DNA of 64,000 nucleotides from an uncultured Hormoscilla sp. (GCA_963921275.4 OZ001293.3:384001-448000); one strand, 5' to 3'. Counted from the first letter of the stretch, positions 34,860 through 48,349 are shown. A program made the numbers and translations. The notes: generated by a model not told the origin, from the sequence alone.

Positions 34860-35012
34860 AGAGCGACCTCCTTTAATAATCTGTTTGTCAGATCCAAATA
34901 GTTACCTGCAAACAGTTCTCGACGTCTTCCGCATGCTCTTGTCCTGAAGGACTCGGCATGCTTCAGACGCCGCGTCAACATTTTATCGGAGTACGTGTCC
35001 CGGAGGTAATTC

Positions 35013-35420
35013 ATGTTTCAGACAGTCCTATTTCCCGTCAATGACAGTCGCGAGTCCCGCGAAGCCGCTGAAGTGGTAGCCAATGTCGTGCAAAAGTACA
35101 ATAGCCGGTTGGTGCTGCTGTCCGTCCTAGTACCGGTGGCCGACGAAGCAGCCTCCCAACAGTCCATGTCCAATCATGAGGCGATCGCCAAGCTGCTGGA
35201 GGGAGCCAAGGCCATGTTTGCCCAGCAAGGCATCGAGACCGAAGTGATGGAACGTGAGGGCAAGCCAGCATTCGTCATCTGCGATGTGGCCGATGAAATA
35301 GAGGCCAATTTAATTGTCATGGGCAGTCGGGGCATGGGCTTGACAGAGGAAGGGATCAGTGATAGTGTAACCAATCGGGTGGTAAATCTATCTCCCTGTC
35401 CCGTGCTGATTGTGCCTTAG
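35013..35420 (+). CDS. Universal stress protein
   Basis: LIVMGSRG...SVTNRVV..SPCPVLIVP. Confidence 0.92.
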   Translation: MFQTVLFPVNDSRESREAAEVVANVVQKYNSRLVLLSVLVPVADEAASQQSMSNHEAIAKLLEGAKAMFAQQGIETEVMEREGKPAFVICDVADEIEANLIVMGSRGMGLTEEGISDSVTNRVVNLSPCPVLIVP

Positions 35421-35458
35421 ATGCGATCGGCTAATGGCAACGCCATTATGAACGAACA

Positions 35459-36313
35459 ATGACAATCCAGTGGTATCCCGGACATATTGCTAAGGCAGAA
35501 AAGGCACTCAAAGAACAACTCAAGCGAGTAGATGTAGTGCTGGAAGTCCGGGATGCCCGGATCCCCTCAGCTACGGCCCATCCCCAAGTTCCAGAATGGG
35601 TGGGAGATAAGGGGCGGGTATTGGTACTCAATCGTCAGGACATGATTTCTCGCCAAGTGCAGACCCTCTGGGCAGAGTGGTTTGCTGCCCAAGGGAGTGC
35701 AGTTTATTTTACCAATGCTAAGTTGGGTAAAGGGATAAAAGTTTTGGCAGCTGCGGCTACAGCGGCGGGGGCCGCGATGAACCAAAGAAGGCGCAGTCGG
35801 GGAATGCTACCCCGTCCAGTGCGCGCAGTGGCGATCGGGTTTCCAAATGTGGGCAAGTCAGCATTGATTAACCGGTTGCTGGGCCAGCGGGTAGTAGAAA
35901 GTGCAGCCCGTCCGGGGGTCACCAGACAGTTGCGTTGGGTGCGGATCTCCAAGGAAATAGAATTGCTCGACGCACCGGGAGTGATACCCGCGAAATTGGA
36001 CGATCGGGATGCGGCATTTAAATTAGCCATCTGTGACGATATCGGCGAGGCGTCTTATGACAATCAACTGGTAGCGGCTGAGTTAGTAGAATTGCTCAAG
36101 CAGTTGGACGATCGGGTTAATAGCTTAAATGATTTGCGCAGGCGCTACGAACTCGACCCCCTGCCTTACGCCGGAGAAGAATACCTCCATGCTTTAGCTG
36201 AGTTGCACTATCAAGGAGATACCGAACGCACCGCACGTCAGTTGTTGACCGACTTTAGAAAAGGACAGCTAGGGGCTCACGGTCTGGAATTGCCGCCTCA
36301 TATCCAAACCTAA
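35459..36313 (+). CDS. ylqF: Ribosome biogenesis GTPase YlqF/RbgA
   Basis: IQWYPGH, DARIP, GFPNVGKS, LLDAPG. Confidence 0.95.
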   Translation: MTIQWYPGHIAKAEKALKEQLKRVDVVLEVRDARIPSATAHPQVPEWVGDKGRVLVLNRQDMISRQVQTLWAEWFAAQGSAVYFTNAKLGKGIKVLAAAATAAGAAMNQRRRSRGMLPRPVRAVAIGFPNVGKSALINRLLGQRVVESAARPGVTRQLRWVRISKEIELLDAPGVIPAKLDDRDAAFKLAICDDIGEASYDNQLVAAELVELLKQLDDRVNSLNDLRRRYELDPLPYAGEEYLHALAELHYQGDTERTARQLLTDFRKGQLGAHGLELPPHIQT

Positions 36314-36380
36314 AATAAACAGCTTACGGTTAATAGTTGCCGAATGCCTTGGTCGTCAGAGTTCAAAGAGGTTGGGAGTA

Positions 36381-36680
36381 ATGACGGAACTTTCGCTGCG
36401 CATACAGGTTGAGGCCAAGACTTCAAAAACGGTTAACGTGAATTTGGATCGATTTACCGTAGGCCGATCGCCAGAATGCGACCTGCACTTGCCTTTCTTT
36501 TTCGTTGCCCGGCGTCATGCCCGCTTTACGCGGACCGAGTCGGGAATGTGGGAAGTTGAAGACCTAAATAGCCTCTGCGGTATTCTATTGAATCAATGCC
36601 CGGTGACAGCCCCTCAACAGATACATCATGGCGATATGATTCAACTGGGGCAGGTGTTTGGTGAATGTGGTGTTGGTTGA
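36381..36680 (+). pseudogene. FHA-domain fragment, diverged duplicate of the 5' end of the next gene
   Basis: GRSPECDL..RRHA..EDLNS; 36343-36693 is similar to 37200-37547. Confidence 0.75.
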
Positions 36681-37238
36681 GGCGACGCGGCCTTAGTGAC
36701 TTGCGTAAAAATATTTTACCTGTCAAACGATCTGCACTCAAGAAATAGCTTTACCTGATTGGTACAATAAGAGTTCTCTGTTTTCTGTTCTCTGTTTGGA
36801 GTTACAAGTCCCTATCTGACCCTTCCGAGAGTCACCAATGACCCAAAGAGACTCATGTAATGATCTTCTGAGAGTCACCGATGACCTTCTTTGACTCATT
36901 ACCCTTCCGAGAGTCACCGATGACCTCCCGAAAGTCATCCCCACAGGAGACAGCGCCCCGAGACTGCTCAGTCTCTATCCAGCGACGGAACTATTCCGAC
37001 AAGGTAAACTCAGAGAATATATTTGGGACAGGTCTGCTTCGGGGCCCCCCGTGAGTTAGTATCGCGTTGGAGTCATACTTAGAGAAAGATTGTCTATTAT
37101 CAGTGGAGATATTGTCAAGGGTTCGTCTGGTAAATCACGCTGAAAACGTCCCTGGGGAAACAGGATCCAGATTTAACCAGAGGGTTTGCAGGAGTTGAAA
37201 ATGCCTTGGTCGCCAGAGTTCAAAGAGGTTTGGGAGTA

Positions 37239-38908
37239 ATGACGGAACTTTCGCTGCGCCTACAAGTTGAGGGAAATACAGAAACGACGGTTAACGTGCA
37301 TTTGGATCAATTTACCCTGGGCCGATCGCCAGAATGCGACCTGCACTTGCTTTTCTTCGGAGTTTCCCGGCGTCATGCCCGCTTTGCGCAGCTGAGGGAA
37401 TGTGGATTCTTGAAGACCTAGGTAGTCTCAACGGTACCCTATTGAATCAATTCCCGGTGACAGTCCCTCAACAGATCCGTCATGGCGATGTGGTGCAAGT
37501 GGAGATGGTGTTTCTGAAGGTGGTGTTGGTTAGGGCGACGCGGCCTAAGAAAACCGCCACTCACCATATCACTGACAGCACGACGATCTTGCGCAATGTT
37601 CAGGACTTGCAACAACAATGGATATGGGCTGATACCGGAGAAGAGACTGCTGGCAACCACCGCAAAGCCATTGCCCGCCTGAAGGACCTGGTGGAGATCT
37701 CTAAAGGTCTGAATTCGGCTGAATCTATAGAAGCAATTTTTTTAAGGGTGCAGTCCATAGTTTTCCGCGACCTGAAGCGGATTGAGCGTCTAGCCTTATT
37801 AATAGATGTTAATGGTACAGGGCAAACCAAATTGATGAATGCTGCTATGAGACACCCTGATGAAGAGGAGGATATAGTAGCTGATAGCAGTTGGATTAGT
37901 CATAGCATCTGTCAAAAGGTATTTACCGAGAGGGTAGCGATTCAAACAATTGATGCCCAGGAAGACGAACGTTTTGAGGCAGAAATGAGTATTTTAAGCA
38001 AGGGCATCCGCAATGCTATGGCCGTGCCCCGTGGGATGAGAATAAAGTGGTGGGCGTCCTCTATGCTGATGCCCGTCTGTCTTCTAGCTATGGAACTGCC
38101 GAAGTAGAGGAAGACTTGAGCTTTTTTTCGGCTTTGGCAAATCTAGTAGCTTCTAGTATCCAGCGTTGGCTGTTGCAGAGGAAACTGAGAAGCGAAGAAG
38201 TGATTCGGCAAAGACTAGAACGCTAATCATACTCCGGCAGTGGTACAGCAGATGCTGGCTGCTGGAACCCTCCAGGATTGTCGCTTACCTCTAGCAGAGC
38301 ATGAAATCAGCATCCTGTTTGCTGATATTGTGGGCTTTACTGCCCTTTCCTAACGCTTGAGGCCATCGGAAATTGCGGAATTGCTGAATAATTTCTTTGA
38401 GGAAATGTTGCAGGAAGTGTTTGTCGCCAAGGGGACTTTAGATAAGTTCATTGGAGATTGCATTATGGCATTTTTTGGCGCTCCCGAACCGCAGCCGGAT
38501 CATGCCGAGCGGGCGGTAGCAGTTGCGAGGGGGATGCTATCGCGTCTGGATCATTTGAATGGGATTAAGCGCTGGAAGGAACCGATCCAATTAAGAATTG
38601 CGATTAACAGTGGTAAAGCTGTGGTGGGAGATATCGGCAGTTTCCAAAGAGTGGACTATACAGTGTTAGGATCGACAATTAATCTGGCATCGCGGATGGA
38701 AGGTATTTGTCCTCCTGGTGAATGTGTGGTGAGTGAAGCAACCTATAGATTGTTGCGCAAGCGTCAAGGTCTAGTGCAGATGGGAAGTTACCGTTTTAGA
38801 GGCATTGGGCGACCGGTAACAATTTTTCAGACCAAGCGGAATCCTTTCCCTGCCCCCTCTCCTCCTCCTCCCCCTCCTCCTGCTTCAGAACGTCAAGTCA
38901 ATGGGTAA
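37239..38908 (+). pseudogene. FHA-GAF-adenylate/guanylate cyclase, disrupted
   Basis: FHA, GAF, LFADIVGFT, DKFIGDCIMA, INLASRME; frameshifts and in-frame TAA stops. Confidence 0.85.
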
Positions 38909-38928
38909 TGTAGAACAGGCGTAGAACA

Positions 38929-40116
38929 TTAAACATGAAAGTCCATTTTAGCTAGTTCTGTACGGATGCGTTTAGCTTCGGCCGGGTTATGTTGTTCGTG
39001 GAGGGCGATCGCCTCTTTGAAGGCGGCCAAACTTGCCCCTACATTCCCGCCTTTCAGCAGGGCGACTCCTAAGTTTTGATAGGCTTCTGCATGGGTATGA
39101 TTTAGTTTCAGAGCTTGTTGGTAGGCGGCGATCGCCTCTTCTAATTTACCCAATTGTTTCCAGGCCATACCCAGATTATAGTATCCGACAGCAAAACTGG
39201 GGTCAATCTCGATAGTTTGCTGATAGAGCATAATCGCTCCGACTATGTTACCCGATTCCTTGCGCAAATTTCCCCAATTATTGTAAGCCCCGATTTTTAA
39301 CTTGCGCATAATGGGCAATTCTGCTGCTGACTGATAGTGATGTTGGGCTTTGGGGAGATTTTCCTGGCGACTGTAAGCAATACCTAAATGATAATGGAGT
39401 TCGTAGAGAACCATTTTTTCTGAGGTCAAGGGTAAAGATTTTTCTAGCAGGGCGATTCCCTGGGCCACTTCCTGCATTTGCACGTACAAAGCTCCCAATT
39501 TACTACAAGTATAGGGGTCATCTGGATGTGCGGCCAGGTATGCTTCCATTGCTGTCAGGGCTCTGATATATTTATTTTTAGCAGCAATTGTGCCTGGCTG
39601 ATAGCCATAATGGGCAATGGCTACTGACTCCATATGGCCTACTTGCCACTTTGGTTCTCGCTGCAACAACTGCATGATGCTGTCATCTACCATTTGATGA
39701 TAGGAGCGATCAAACTTGATATCCGGGTGCTTTCTAAATAGCCGCGAGACTAGAGAATAGGGGGATTGGGTGGCTCCGATTTCTTGACGAATTAAGTTGA
39801 TTAAAATGTAGTTTTCCTGGGCGATCGCCTGTTTGAGTTGCGGTCCTATATTAGCAGAGAGTTCTTCATCAGCATCTAAAACCAGGATCCAATCCCCTGT
39901 CGCCTGTTCTAGGGAGAAATTTATGGCCGGTGATAGGTTTAAGTCCTGGGGAAAGCGATATATTTTCGCGCCCAATTCCTTGGCAATGGCCGGGGTGCGA
40001 TCGGTCGAACCGGTATCGACTACCACCATTTCATCGACGACATCCTTGACACTGTTCAGACAGCTAGGCAAGGACGCCTCTTCATCTTTGACAATCATGC
40101 ACAGGCTGAGTTTCAT
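38929..40116 (-). CDS. GT2 glycosyltransferase with TPR repeats
   Basis: LSLCMIVKDEE, VVDTGSTD, LDADE; C-terminal TPRs. Confidence 0.92.
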   Translation of the reverse strand: MKLSLCMIVKDEEASLPSCLNSVKDVVDEMVVVDTGSTDRTPAIAKELGAKIYRFPQDLNLSPAINFSLEQATGDWILVLDADEELSANIGPQLKQAIAQENYILINLIRQEIGATQSPYSLVSRLFRKHPDIKFDRSYHQMVDDSIMQLLQREPKWQVGHMESVAIAHYGYQPGTIAAKNKYIRALTAMEAYLAAHPDDPYTCSKLGALYVQMQEVAQGIALLEKSLPLTSEKMVLYELHYHLGIAYSRQENLPKAQHHYQSAAELPIMRKLKIGAYNNWGNLRKESGNIVGAIMLYQQTIEIDPSFAVGYYNLGMAWKQLGKLEEAIAAYQQALKLNHTHAEAYQNLGVALLKGGNVGASLAAFKEAIALHEQHNPAEAKRIRTELAKMDFHV

Positions 40117-40266
40117 CTTGCTACTGGTTTGGGAGTACCTTTCTTATGGTATAGTATAAAGGAACGAATGGGGATATGCAATATTAGATCGGGGGGATGC
40201 GGAGCCAGAGAACGAGAAATCGGTGGGATGCAGCAATTCACAATTTTCAATTCACAACTTACAACA

Positions 40267-40867
40267 ATGTCACAATATGATGCTATACTAATTCCCGGAG
40301 GCGGGGTGAGAGCAGGTGGCGAGTTGCCGATCGCAGGGTCGATTGGATCGATCGCTCTCAATCCAACGGGGAGAATATATCGTTACTATCAGTGCGGGCA
40401 CGACTCATAAACCCCCTCCTTTGGATGATAATAGCTTTCCGATCGCGTAGCGTGCGCGCAGCGCATTCTTTGAGGCGATCGGGGCGGCAAATTATTTGGT
40501 GAAAAGGGGATGCGACCCCAAGAAAATCCTCACAGAGGTCAGTTCCTATGATACGATCGAGAATGCCTACTTTTCTCGGGTAATTCATATCGAGCCGAGG
40601 GGCTGGCGGAAATTACTGATAATCACGTCGGAATTTCATCTGGCCAGAACGAAAAGCATTTTCCAATGGGTTTACGGTTTAGGGGTGCCAGCAAATTATT
40701 ATCAGTTACAGTTTGAGTCGGTGACAGATGCAGGAATTGAGCAGGAGGCCCTGAAGGCGAGAAGAGAAAAGGAAAGACAGAGTTTAGAAAGGTTAGCGGA
40801 TATTCAAAGTCAAGTGCATAATTTTCAAGAGTTGCACGAATGGTTATTTACGGAACATGGTGCTTAG
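40267..40867 (+). pseudogene. YdcF/DUF218 family protein, disrupted
   Basis: DAILIPGGG, SYDTIENAYF, ITSEFHLAR; frameshift plus a 24-bp insert carrying TAG. Confidence 0.75.
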
Positions 40868-40914
40868 TCGGTACGGCCCCAAGGAGTAAATGATATCAAA
40901 TTGGAGATGTATTA

Positions 40915-42288
40915 ATGCGCTCGCGGCTTACCCAACTCATGTTAGAAAGGTTTAAGAACTTTCTGGATGCCTCACTGCATCTGGGTGAGGCGACTATAAT
41001 AGTGGGAAGCAACGCTTCTGGAAAGAGTAACATTATAGATGCTTGGCGTTTCCTAAATGGAGTATCGAGGGGATACAATTTAGCAGAAATTATCGGAGAA
41101 AAATGGATTGACGCTGGGACTGGGCAAGGCATTAGGGGCGGCACGCGGGAAATCACTTTCTGTGGCGCATCGACTTTTGCCTTGACAGTTGATATAAGCA
41201 TCCCAGAACCAGAGGTGACAGTCAATTATCGCATCGAAGTCGATCCGGGTAGGGTCGGGAAAATTCCTCGGGTAATGGCCGAAAGAATAACCGTGGGATC
41301 GGCATCCCTGTTTGTAGCCGAATCAGTTGTTAAAAATGGGGAAACTCGTTTATTGGTTAATGTCGATCGTACTGTCAGTACAGCAGCTAACTGGCAATTA
41401 AACCGGATGCTCCCATGCTGCCACAACTGGCCCTTCAGAGTCAACATTATGCAATTCAAGATACCCTGAAAACACTTTATGGTATCCGTTGCTTGGATCT
41501 GCGCCCCGAGGTGATGCGTCAACCCTCTTTTCCCGGACAGCGGATTTTAGGCTATCGGGGAGAAAACCTGTCTTCAGTCGTGCAATCTCTGGGGGAAAGG
41601 GGGAAAGGGGGAAAGTGACGCTGCTAGACTGGTTGGATAAATTTACTCCGATAAAACAGATTTATTTCGAGTTTGTCGGCGATTTTCAAGGCAAGATTTG
41701 CCTGCACATTTTGGAGGCAAATGGACAAAAAATTCTGCCTATAGTCTTTCCCCCAGTACATTGCGTTTGCTGGCGATTTTAGCGGATTTACTGGAAGATA
41801 ATCCGGCTCAATTATATTGCTTTGACCCCTTGGAAACGGAAATCCATCCTACCCGGTTGCATCTGCTGGTCGCAATGATTGAAGGGGTGGCTAAATCTCA
41901 AAATATCCAAATCTTAGGCACGACTCACTCTTCTAAATTCCTCCGCTTGTTAGGTCCAGAAACTAGAGAATATGTTTCCTTGATTTATCGTCTGGAAACG
42001 CGATCGGATGCCGGGATAGTCAGAATTTTAGATCTGGCAGACGCTAGGCGCGCGATCGAGGAATATGACCTAGGAAGCTTGCATGAGTCGGCTTGGTTGG
42101 AGAATGTGGCAGAATTTGTATTAGATGATGAGTTAAAGCGGTTTAACCTCCTTCACTTCGCTGTTAGCCCGCCTGTGAAAGGGTTTGATGCCATTTTACG
42201 CCTATTTTTTCTCACAATACTCCGGACAAAATTAGGAGGCTATGGCCCCGTAGGCAAGCAGGTTCTGGTAGTAGGGCGTGAGATTTAA
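40915..42288 (+). pseudogene. AAA family ATPase, frameshifted
   Basis: FKNF, VGSNASGKSN, ETEIHP, TTHS split over 4 frames. Confidence 0.8.
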
Positions 42289-42436
42289 TCCTCGTTGGCT
42301 CATACAAGGAAATAAATAAGTTCATGCATATGCTCCCAATCGCGCGTTTAGAGGAGGCAACTCTTGAAACTCAACTCCGTGGCTGTGTCCCTTGACTGTT
42401 GTCAAGCTGTTTTGGCTTTCCGGACTGGCCGTGAAA

Positions 42437-42935
42437 GATATCTCTGCCAGAGCCAGAGCTCTTGTCCCAGGGTCCATGGCTGCGCCACCCATGGCTGCGC
42501 CACGCTACGCGATACGCGATACGCGATACGCGGACAGCACACAGGAGACATCGGAGACTCACAGACCTCACCACCTTCGATATCTATGCCAGAGCCAGAG
42601 CTCTTGTCCCAGGGTCCATACGGCACACAGGAGACATCGCTGTCTCCTACTGGACGCCGTCCAATGCGGGTCTTAACGAACTGAAAGCGACTGGGGAAGG
42701 TTTTATCGACCTTACCAGCGTAGTGTGTAGCGCGACTTCGATATCTCTGCCAGTGCTCTTGTCCCAGGGTCCATGGCTGCGCCACCCATGGCTGCGTATC
42801 ACGTAGCGTGGCGCAGACGGCACACAGGAGACATCGTCGTCCCCTTCTTTTCTGTGGTCCGATACACTTCTTACTTTTCGATATCTCTGCCAGATCTCTT
42901 GTCCCAGGGGACATGGACGGCACACAGGAGACATC
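42437..42935. repeat. Cluster of four ~52-bp mini elements, two with nested inserts
   Basis: gatatctctgccag..ctcttgtcccaggg..ggcacacaggagacatc x4; same family at 33156-33211 and 63419-63495. Confidence 0.8.
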
Positions 42936-43224
42936 TGGCGTACCCGTTTGTCAGCAAGGGAAATGGCCCTGTGGCAAGAACTTGCCGGAGATGTCCTGTC
43001 CGACCTTGGCTATGAAACAGGTTCGTAGCAGGTTCGTAGTCAGCACTAAAGTGCTTGCCCGCAGGTTCGTAGTCAGCACTTTAGTGCTTGCCCGCAGGTT
43101 CGTAGCTAGGGAAACCCAACATGAGCATGGTAGCGTTGTCGAGTTGGGTTTCGTGCCTCAACCCAACCTACAGTTACTCTGACATTTTGAATTTTGAATG
43201 AGAGAATTTTGAATTCATACCCAA

Positions 43225-44937
43225 TCATTTTCCCAGACGGAAAAAGATGTCCGCTTTCCGTTCTCCTACCTCGCTACCGTAGCTGCTAATAGTGAGAGTG
43301 CGCAAATTATCGAACAGGGGTTTGCCTATGACTTCCACTAACCTCAACAAAGGCACCTGACGTTCCCAGATTTTCTGACTATCCACCCAGTCCAGATAGA
43401 AATAGCCATCATTCGACTCGGCCAAAGGCGCAATACTCTCCTGAAAATTCCTCGTAGTCAGTACAGAACCAGCCTTTGGGGCATTAATTGCCGCCTCCAT
43501 AGCTTCCAGGGAGGTAGCAAATATCTCGTACTTTCCTACCGTAGCACTAACCACACTCACTTGCTCATTTAATTCCTCCTCGATGTCTCGGGAGTAGTGC
43601 GAATAGCGCTTTCCCGAGACATCGAATGCTGCCGTAACTTCTGCTGTCTCTGGCAACTTTGTCCAGACTGAAACAGGACGATCGGCGACCTGCAATTTCC
43701 TGATATTGTATCCTTGCTGCTGGGCGATTGACTCTAAACGGGCCATTAACTCGGGAGTATCTCCTTGCTGTGTCCCCCGGGTAGTGCGGCTAGGGCTCCC
43801 GGGGGACACAGCCGACTTTTCTGCCACAAAAATCCCATCTATCACCTTGCCATCTGGGCGAGGCAATAATCCCACAGCATATTCCCCACGCACCGCATTA
43901 AACACATCTGCAGGTAAATCAATGCCCCAGCGCGTTTGCAAGTCAGCGATCGACTGACTGACCATATTTTTCAGGGACTCATAACCCGATATTCCCCTTT
44001 GCAGCTGTTCCCACAGCTGTGCCAAGTCTTTGCTAGCAGCTACTATCGCACTTGTCCCTGGAATATATTGTAACGCTTCCACTGGTTTAGAGAAAGCTGG
44101 CGCTGTCCTTGTCAATTTCTGGTTCCCTGCGGCAAACAAAGTTGTTGACGCCAGCCAACCCTGCTGGCTTGATTTTAGAGTGCTCGCCATCCCATCATAA
44201 ACCCCCTGTCTGTTCTGCTTGCTACCAGTCAGATTCAGATAAATTAAGCCAAGCTTGGGATCAGTTAAATCTACTTTATTGAAATTAGCAAGATTAGTGA
44301 TATTTCTGTCAGCAACCTGGACATTATTAATAGCATCCCGTAGTACCTTCGGATAGTTAGCAAACAAGACAAACTTGGCACCTACTACCGCCGTAGCGAT
44401 ATCCAATGGCTGACTACAGGAGATAATCTCAATGCCATTATAGGATGCAAATGCCAAATCTTTTCCCTCCACCCCCTGACGCTGCCAGAACAGTTCCAAG
44501 AGTTCCCGGGCCCGCTGGCCATCTTTAGTCCTAGCTACCAATAGATAACCCGGTTGACGCCCATTTTTCTCGTCCCGATCGATATCCAGAGAAGTAATTG
44601 CCAGAGTTATTTCATCTCCCACCCAAGGAGCGATATATTCCTGGTAATCTAAACCCGAGGCGGCTAGCAGGGATGATTTAACTAGATCCAGGTATGCACC
44701 AGATCTATTGCCATTTGACAGTCCCAACGCCTCCAACCAATCGGGATTCACCAACAGCGACAGCATCGCCGTGGCCGTTTTCGGCACGAACATTGCTGTT
44801 GTCGGAGTGGCCATTGTGCTATCCTGTCCCTGCAGATTCAGAGTCCGACTGTGGGAGAACCAGTAAAAACCACTGGCGCCGATCGACAACACCAGTACAA
44901 TAGCTACCAGACCCGCCAAAATTGAGCTTCGCTTCAT
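43225..44937 (-). CDS. DUF3352-like periplasmic protein with two in-frame hairpin inserts
   Basis: N-terminal TM, IAPWVGDEITLA, GEYAVG, NDGYFYLDW motifs. Confidence 0.75.
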   Translation of the reverse strand: MKRSSILAGLVAIVLVLSIGASGFYWFSHSRTLNLQGQDSTMATPTTAMFVPKTATAMLSLLVNPDWLEALGLSNGNRSGAYLDLVKSSLLAASGLDYQEYIAPWVGDEITLAITSLDIDRDEKNGRQPGYLLVARTKDGQRARELLELFWQRQGVEGKDLAFASYNGIEIISCSQPLDIATAVVGAKFVLFANYPKVLRDAINNVQVADRNITNLANFNKVDLTDPKLGLIYLNLTGSKQNRQGVYDGMASTLKSSQQGWLASTTLFAAGNQKLTRTAPAFSKPVEALQYIPGTSAIVAASKDLAQLWEQLQRGISGYESLKNMVSQSIADLQTRWGIDLPADVFNAVRGEYAVGLLPRPDGKVIDGIFVAEKSAVSPGSPSRTTRGTQQGDTPELMARLESIAQQQGYNIRKLQVADRPVSVWTKLPETAEVTAAFDVSGKRYSHYSRDIEEELNEQVSVVSATVGKYEIFATSLEAMEAAINAPKAGSVLTTRNFQESIAPLAESNDGYFYLDWVDSQKIWERQVPLLRLVEVIGKPLFDNLRTLTISSYGSEVGERKADIFFRLGK

Positions 44938-45052
44938 TGTTCTGTTCTCGGTGAAAAGTGATGGTCGAGAGATAAGTATAAAGTCCTAGTAGGATATAAA
45001 TAGAGAAAAAGATAACGTCAGGTAACATTGCTCATCCTACAGGAGCAAGATT

Positions 45053-47309
45053 ATGAATGTCAAACGCAGACAGTTCTTAATGTTCCTCGGTGCGGGGGCT
45101 GCCACCATTGCCTTTGGTGCCTGCGGCAAGCACCAGGGATAGAAATTATCTATGCCCTTTAACCAGGGCCCCCTGAAGGGGGGCATGAGCTTTAAACCCA
45201 TTAAAGTGCCGGTTCCCCTAGAGATAGACGACCAGCTAGCGCCAGCGCAAATCGCTGCCTATAGTAGCTACAAAGTTGTAGATGATATTGTACTGCCAGA
45301 AGGGTTCACCTATGACCCGATTGCAGCCTGGGGCGACAAGATAGGAGATGATGGGCGCTGCGGCTATAACAATGATTATCTATCCTTTGTGGAAACAGGC
45401 CCCGATCGAGGATACTTGACGATCAACTTCGAGTATATCAGTGGCTTTACCTGGATGCAGACCTATGGACAGGCGATCGGGCGATCTTTACCCTTCCAGG
45501 AAGTAATAGCTGCAACCCGGGGCGATATCAACGCTTTTGCCCTGTCTGAAGATAACCCTCTGAAAGCTAAAATCCGGGAAATCTGTCAGGAATGTTTAAT
45601 AGACCAGGGAATAGAGGTGATTTCCCTGGGCCGCAACTCCGATGGTAAGTGGGCACGCACCTTTTCAGAGGCCGATCGCCGGATAACAGGCTTCTCGGGT
45701 TGGCAAGACGGACGCTACCTACGCGCTACAGGCCCCGCTGTGGCCGTGTTCGAGAAAAGGTATAAGAGAGGTTACGAGGACGGGTTGGGCGATCGCATCA
45801 TCGGCACCTTTGCCAACTGCGCTGGCGGGACCACCCCTTGGGGGACAGTCCTGAGAGCAGAGGAAAACTTCCAGGCCCAGGTACCAGAACCAGTATTTGC
45901 TGATAGTTCCTCAACGGACCCTGGACTGAACCGCTTTTATATAGAAAATCGATTTATAGCAGGTCAGGGGAATATCTTCGGTCTCGCAGGGAACAAGTAT
46001 AGCTGGATAGTAGAAGTAGATCCAGCCAACCCCAATGATTATGGCACCAAGCATACCTGGTTGGGACGTTTCCGTCACGAAGCCGTCGGAGTCAGGGCAG
46101 AAGCAAGAAAGCAGTTGGCTGTATATTCCGGATGCGATCAGCGGGGGGACACCTCTACAAATTCCTCAGCCAAGAATTAGTCAGCAACCCGCAAGACAAA
46201 GCCAACAGCAGGCTAATGACAGAGGGCATGCTTTACGGTGCCAAATTCCATCCCGATGGTACAAGCAGTTGGATTGCCCTCAACCCCAATACTCCCGTAT
46301 ATCCAGTATTGCCCAGTCAAGTATTGAGTAACAATGTCACTCTACCCAACCCCGATCGCGTAGCGTGCGCGCAGCGCAATCGTCGGGCCGGGGGCGCGGT
46401 CAAGATCGACAACAATGCCCAGGCGATCGCCATTGGGAAGCAGCATCGGACCTTGGAGAACACTACCCCAGCAACTATATAAAAACAAGAGGCTATTCTG
46501 ATTGATGCCCATTACCCTGCCAATGCGGCAGGGATCACCTGCACCGCCCGTCCCGAAGACACCGATGTTGCCAGCGACAGCACTCTTTACATTGCCTTTA
46601 CCTCGGGGAGTCCCGACAGTAGCGGCGGTCCTGACAAGGAAATCTTCACCGGACCCAACGGCGAGTCTCCCTACGAGTATGGCTGGATCGTGAAGCTGCG
46701 GGAAGATGGGTTAGAACCCTCTGCCATGACCTTCCGCTGGGAAATGCTGGCCCTAGAGGGCGAACCCGGCCGGAGGCTGTCTGGGTTTTTCTAATCCCGA
46801 TAACCTGGAGATCGATCTCGATGGCAATATCTGGATGGTAACAGACATCTCTACTGGCAGTCAGAACAGACCTCTGCCCAGTCGAGTGAAGCCTGACAGT
46901 ACCCCTATCAACCAGAATAAAGAGCTAGGGGTATTTGGCAACAAAGAGATTTAGTTTATTCCCACTTCCGATCCTAATGCTAGCCTTACCTACCTCTTCG
47001 CGATCAAGCCTATGGAAACAGAAACCCGCAGACCAGGCCTCACCCCAGAACAACAGACATAATTCATCTCCCCGCAACATCCCGGGGAAAAGAGTGGTAT
47101 GCGTCGCAATGGGGCCGCAGAAGTCCGCAAAATTAGACAGAAGCGGGACTACCCGACAGTCGGGAACTCATCCAGGAACGGAAAGAGCCGATCGGTTCCA
47201 ACTGGCCCGGTAAGGGTCCGGACGACCCGCCCAAACCCGCCGTTGTAGCCATTCATCGCGCTGTGTCTCCGGGTAGTGCTCCTAGCGCTCCCCGGAGACA
47301 CAGCTTGTA
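45053..47309 (+). pseudogene. phoX: PhoX (DUF839) alkaline phosphatase, disrupted
   Basis: Tat RRQFL, NNDY, NFEY, NCAGGTTPWGT, GRFRHEA, ARPED, NPDN; several stops and frameshifts. Confidence 0.85.
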
Positions 47310-47514
47310 GGGTTCCCTGTCCCACCATTTGCGAACTCAAAGATGATCCCCTACCCGGTTTCTTCTGCGAAACCGGGTTTCTCAATTTTCACAACTGATT
47401 GGGAATTGCTATGTATCACATCTAGCTTTTAAGGTCAATATTTTTAACGTAAATTAATAGTCAGATAGCAATTTTTAAGCAAAAGACAAATAAAGCTTAA
47501 CTAGATAATTAGCA

Positions 47515-48349
<835 letters not shown>

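Noticed and set aside
36817..36930. Short degenerate repeats gacccttccgagagtcaccgatgacc
   Set aside because: Low-copy STRR-like decay with no further structure
36343..37547. FHA duplicate as a DGR template/variable pair
   Set aside because: Differences are not adenine-specific; ordinary diverged partial duplication
42364..43182. Multiple overlapping ORFs
   Set aside because: Translations of GC-rich mini-element repeats with no protein motifs
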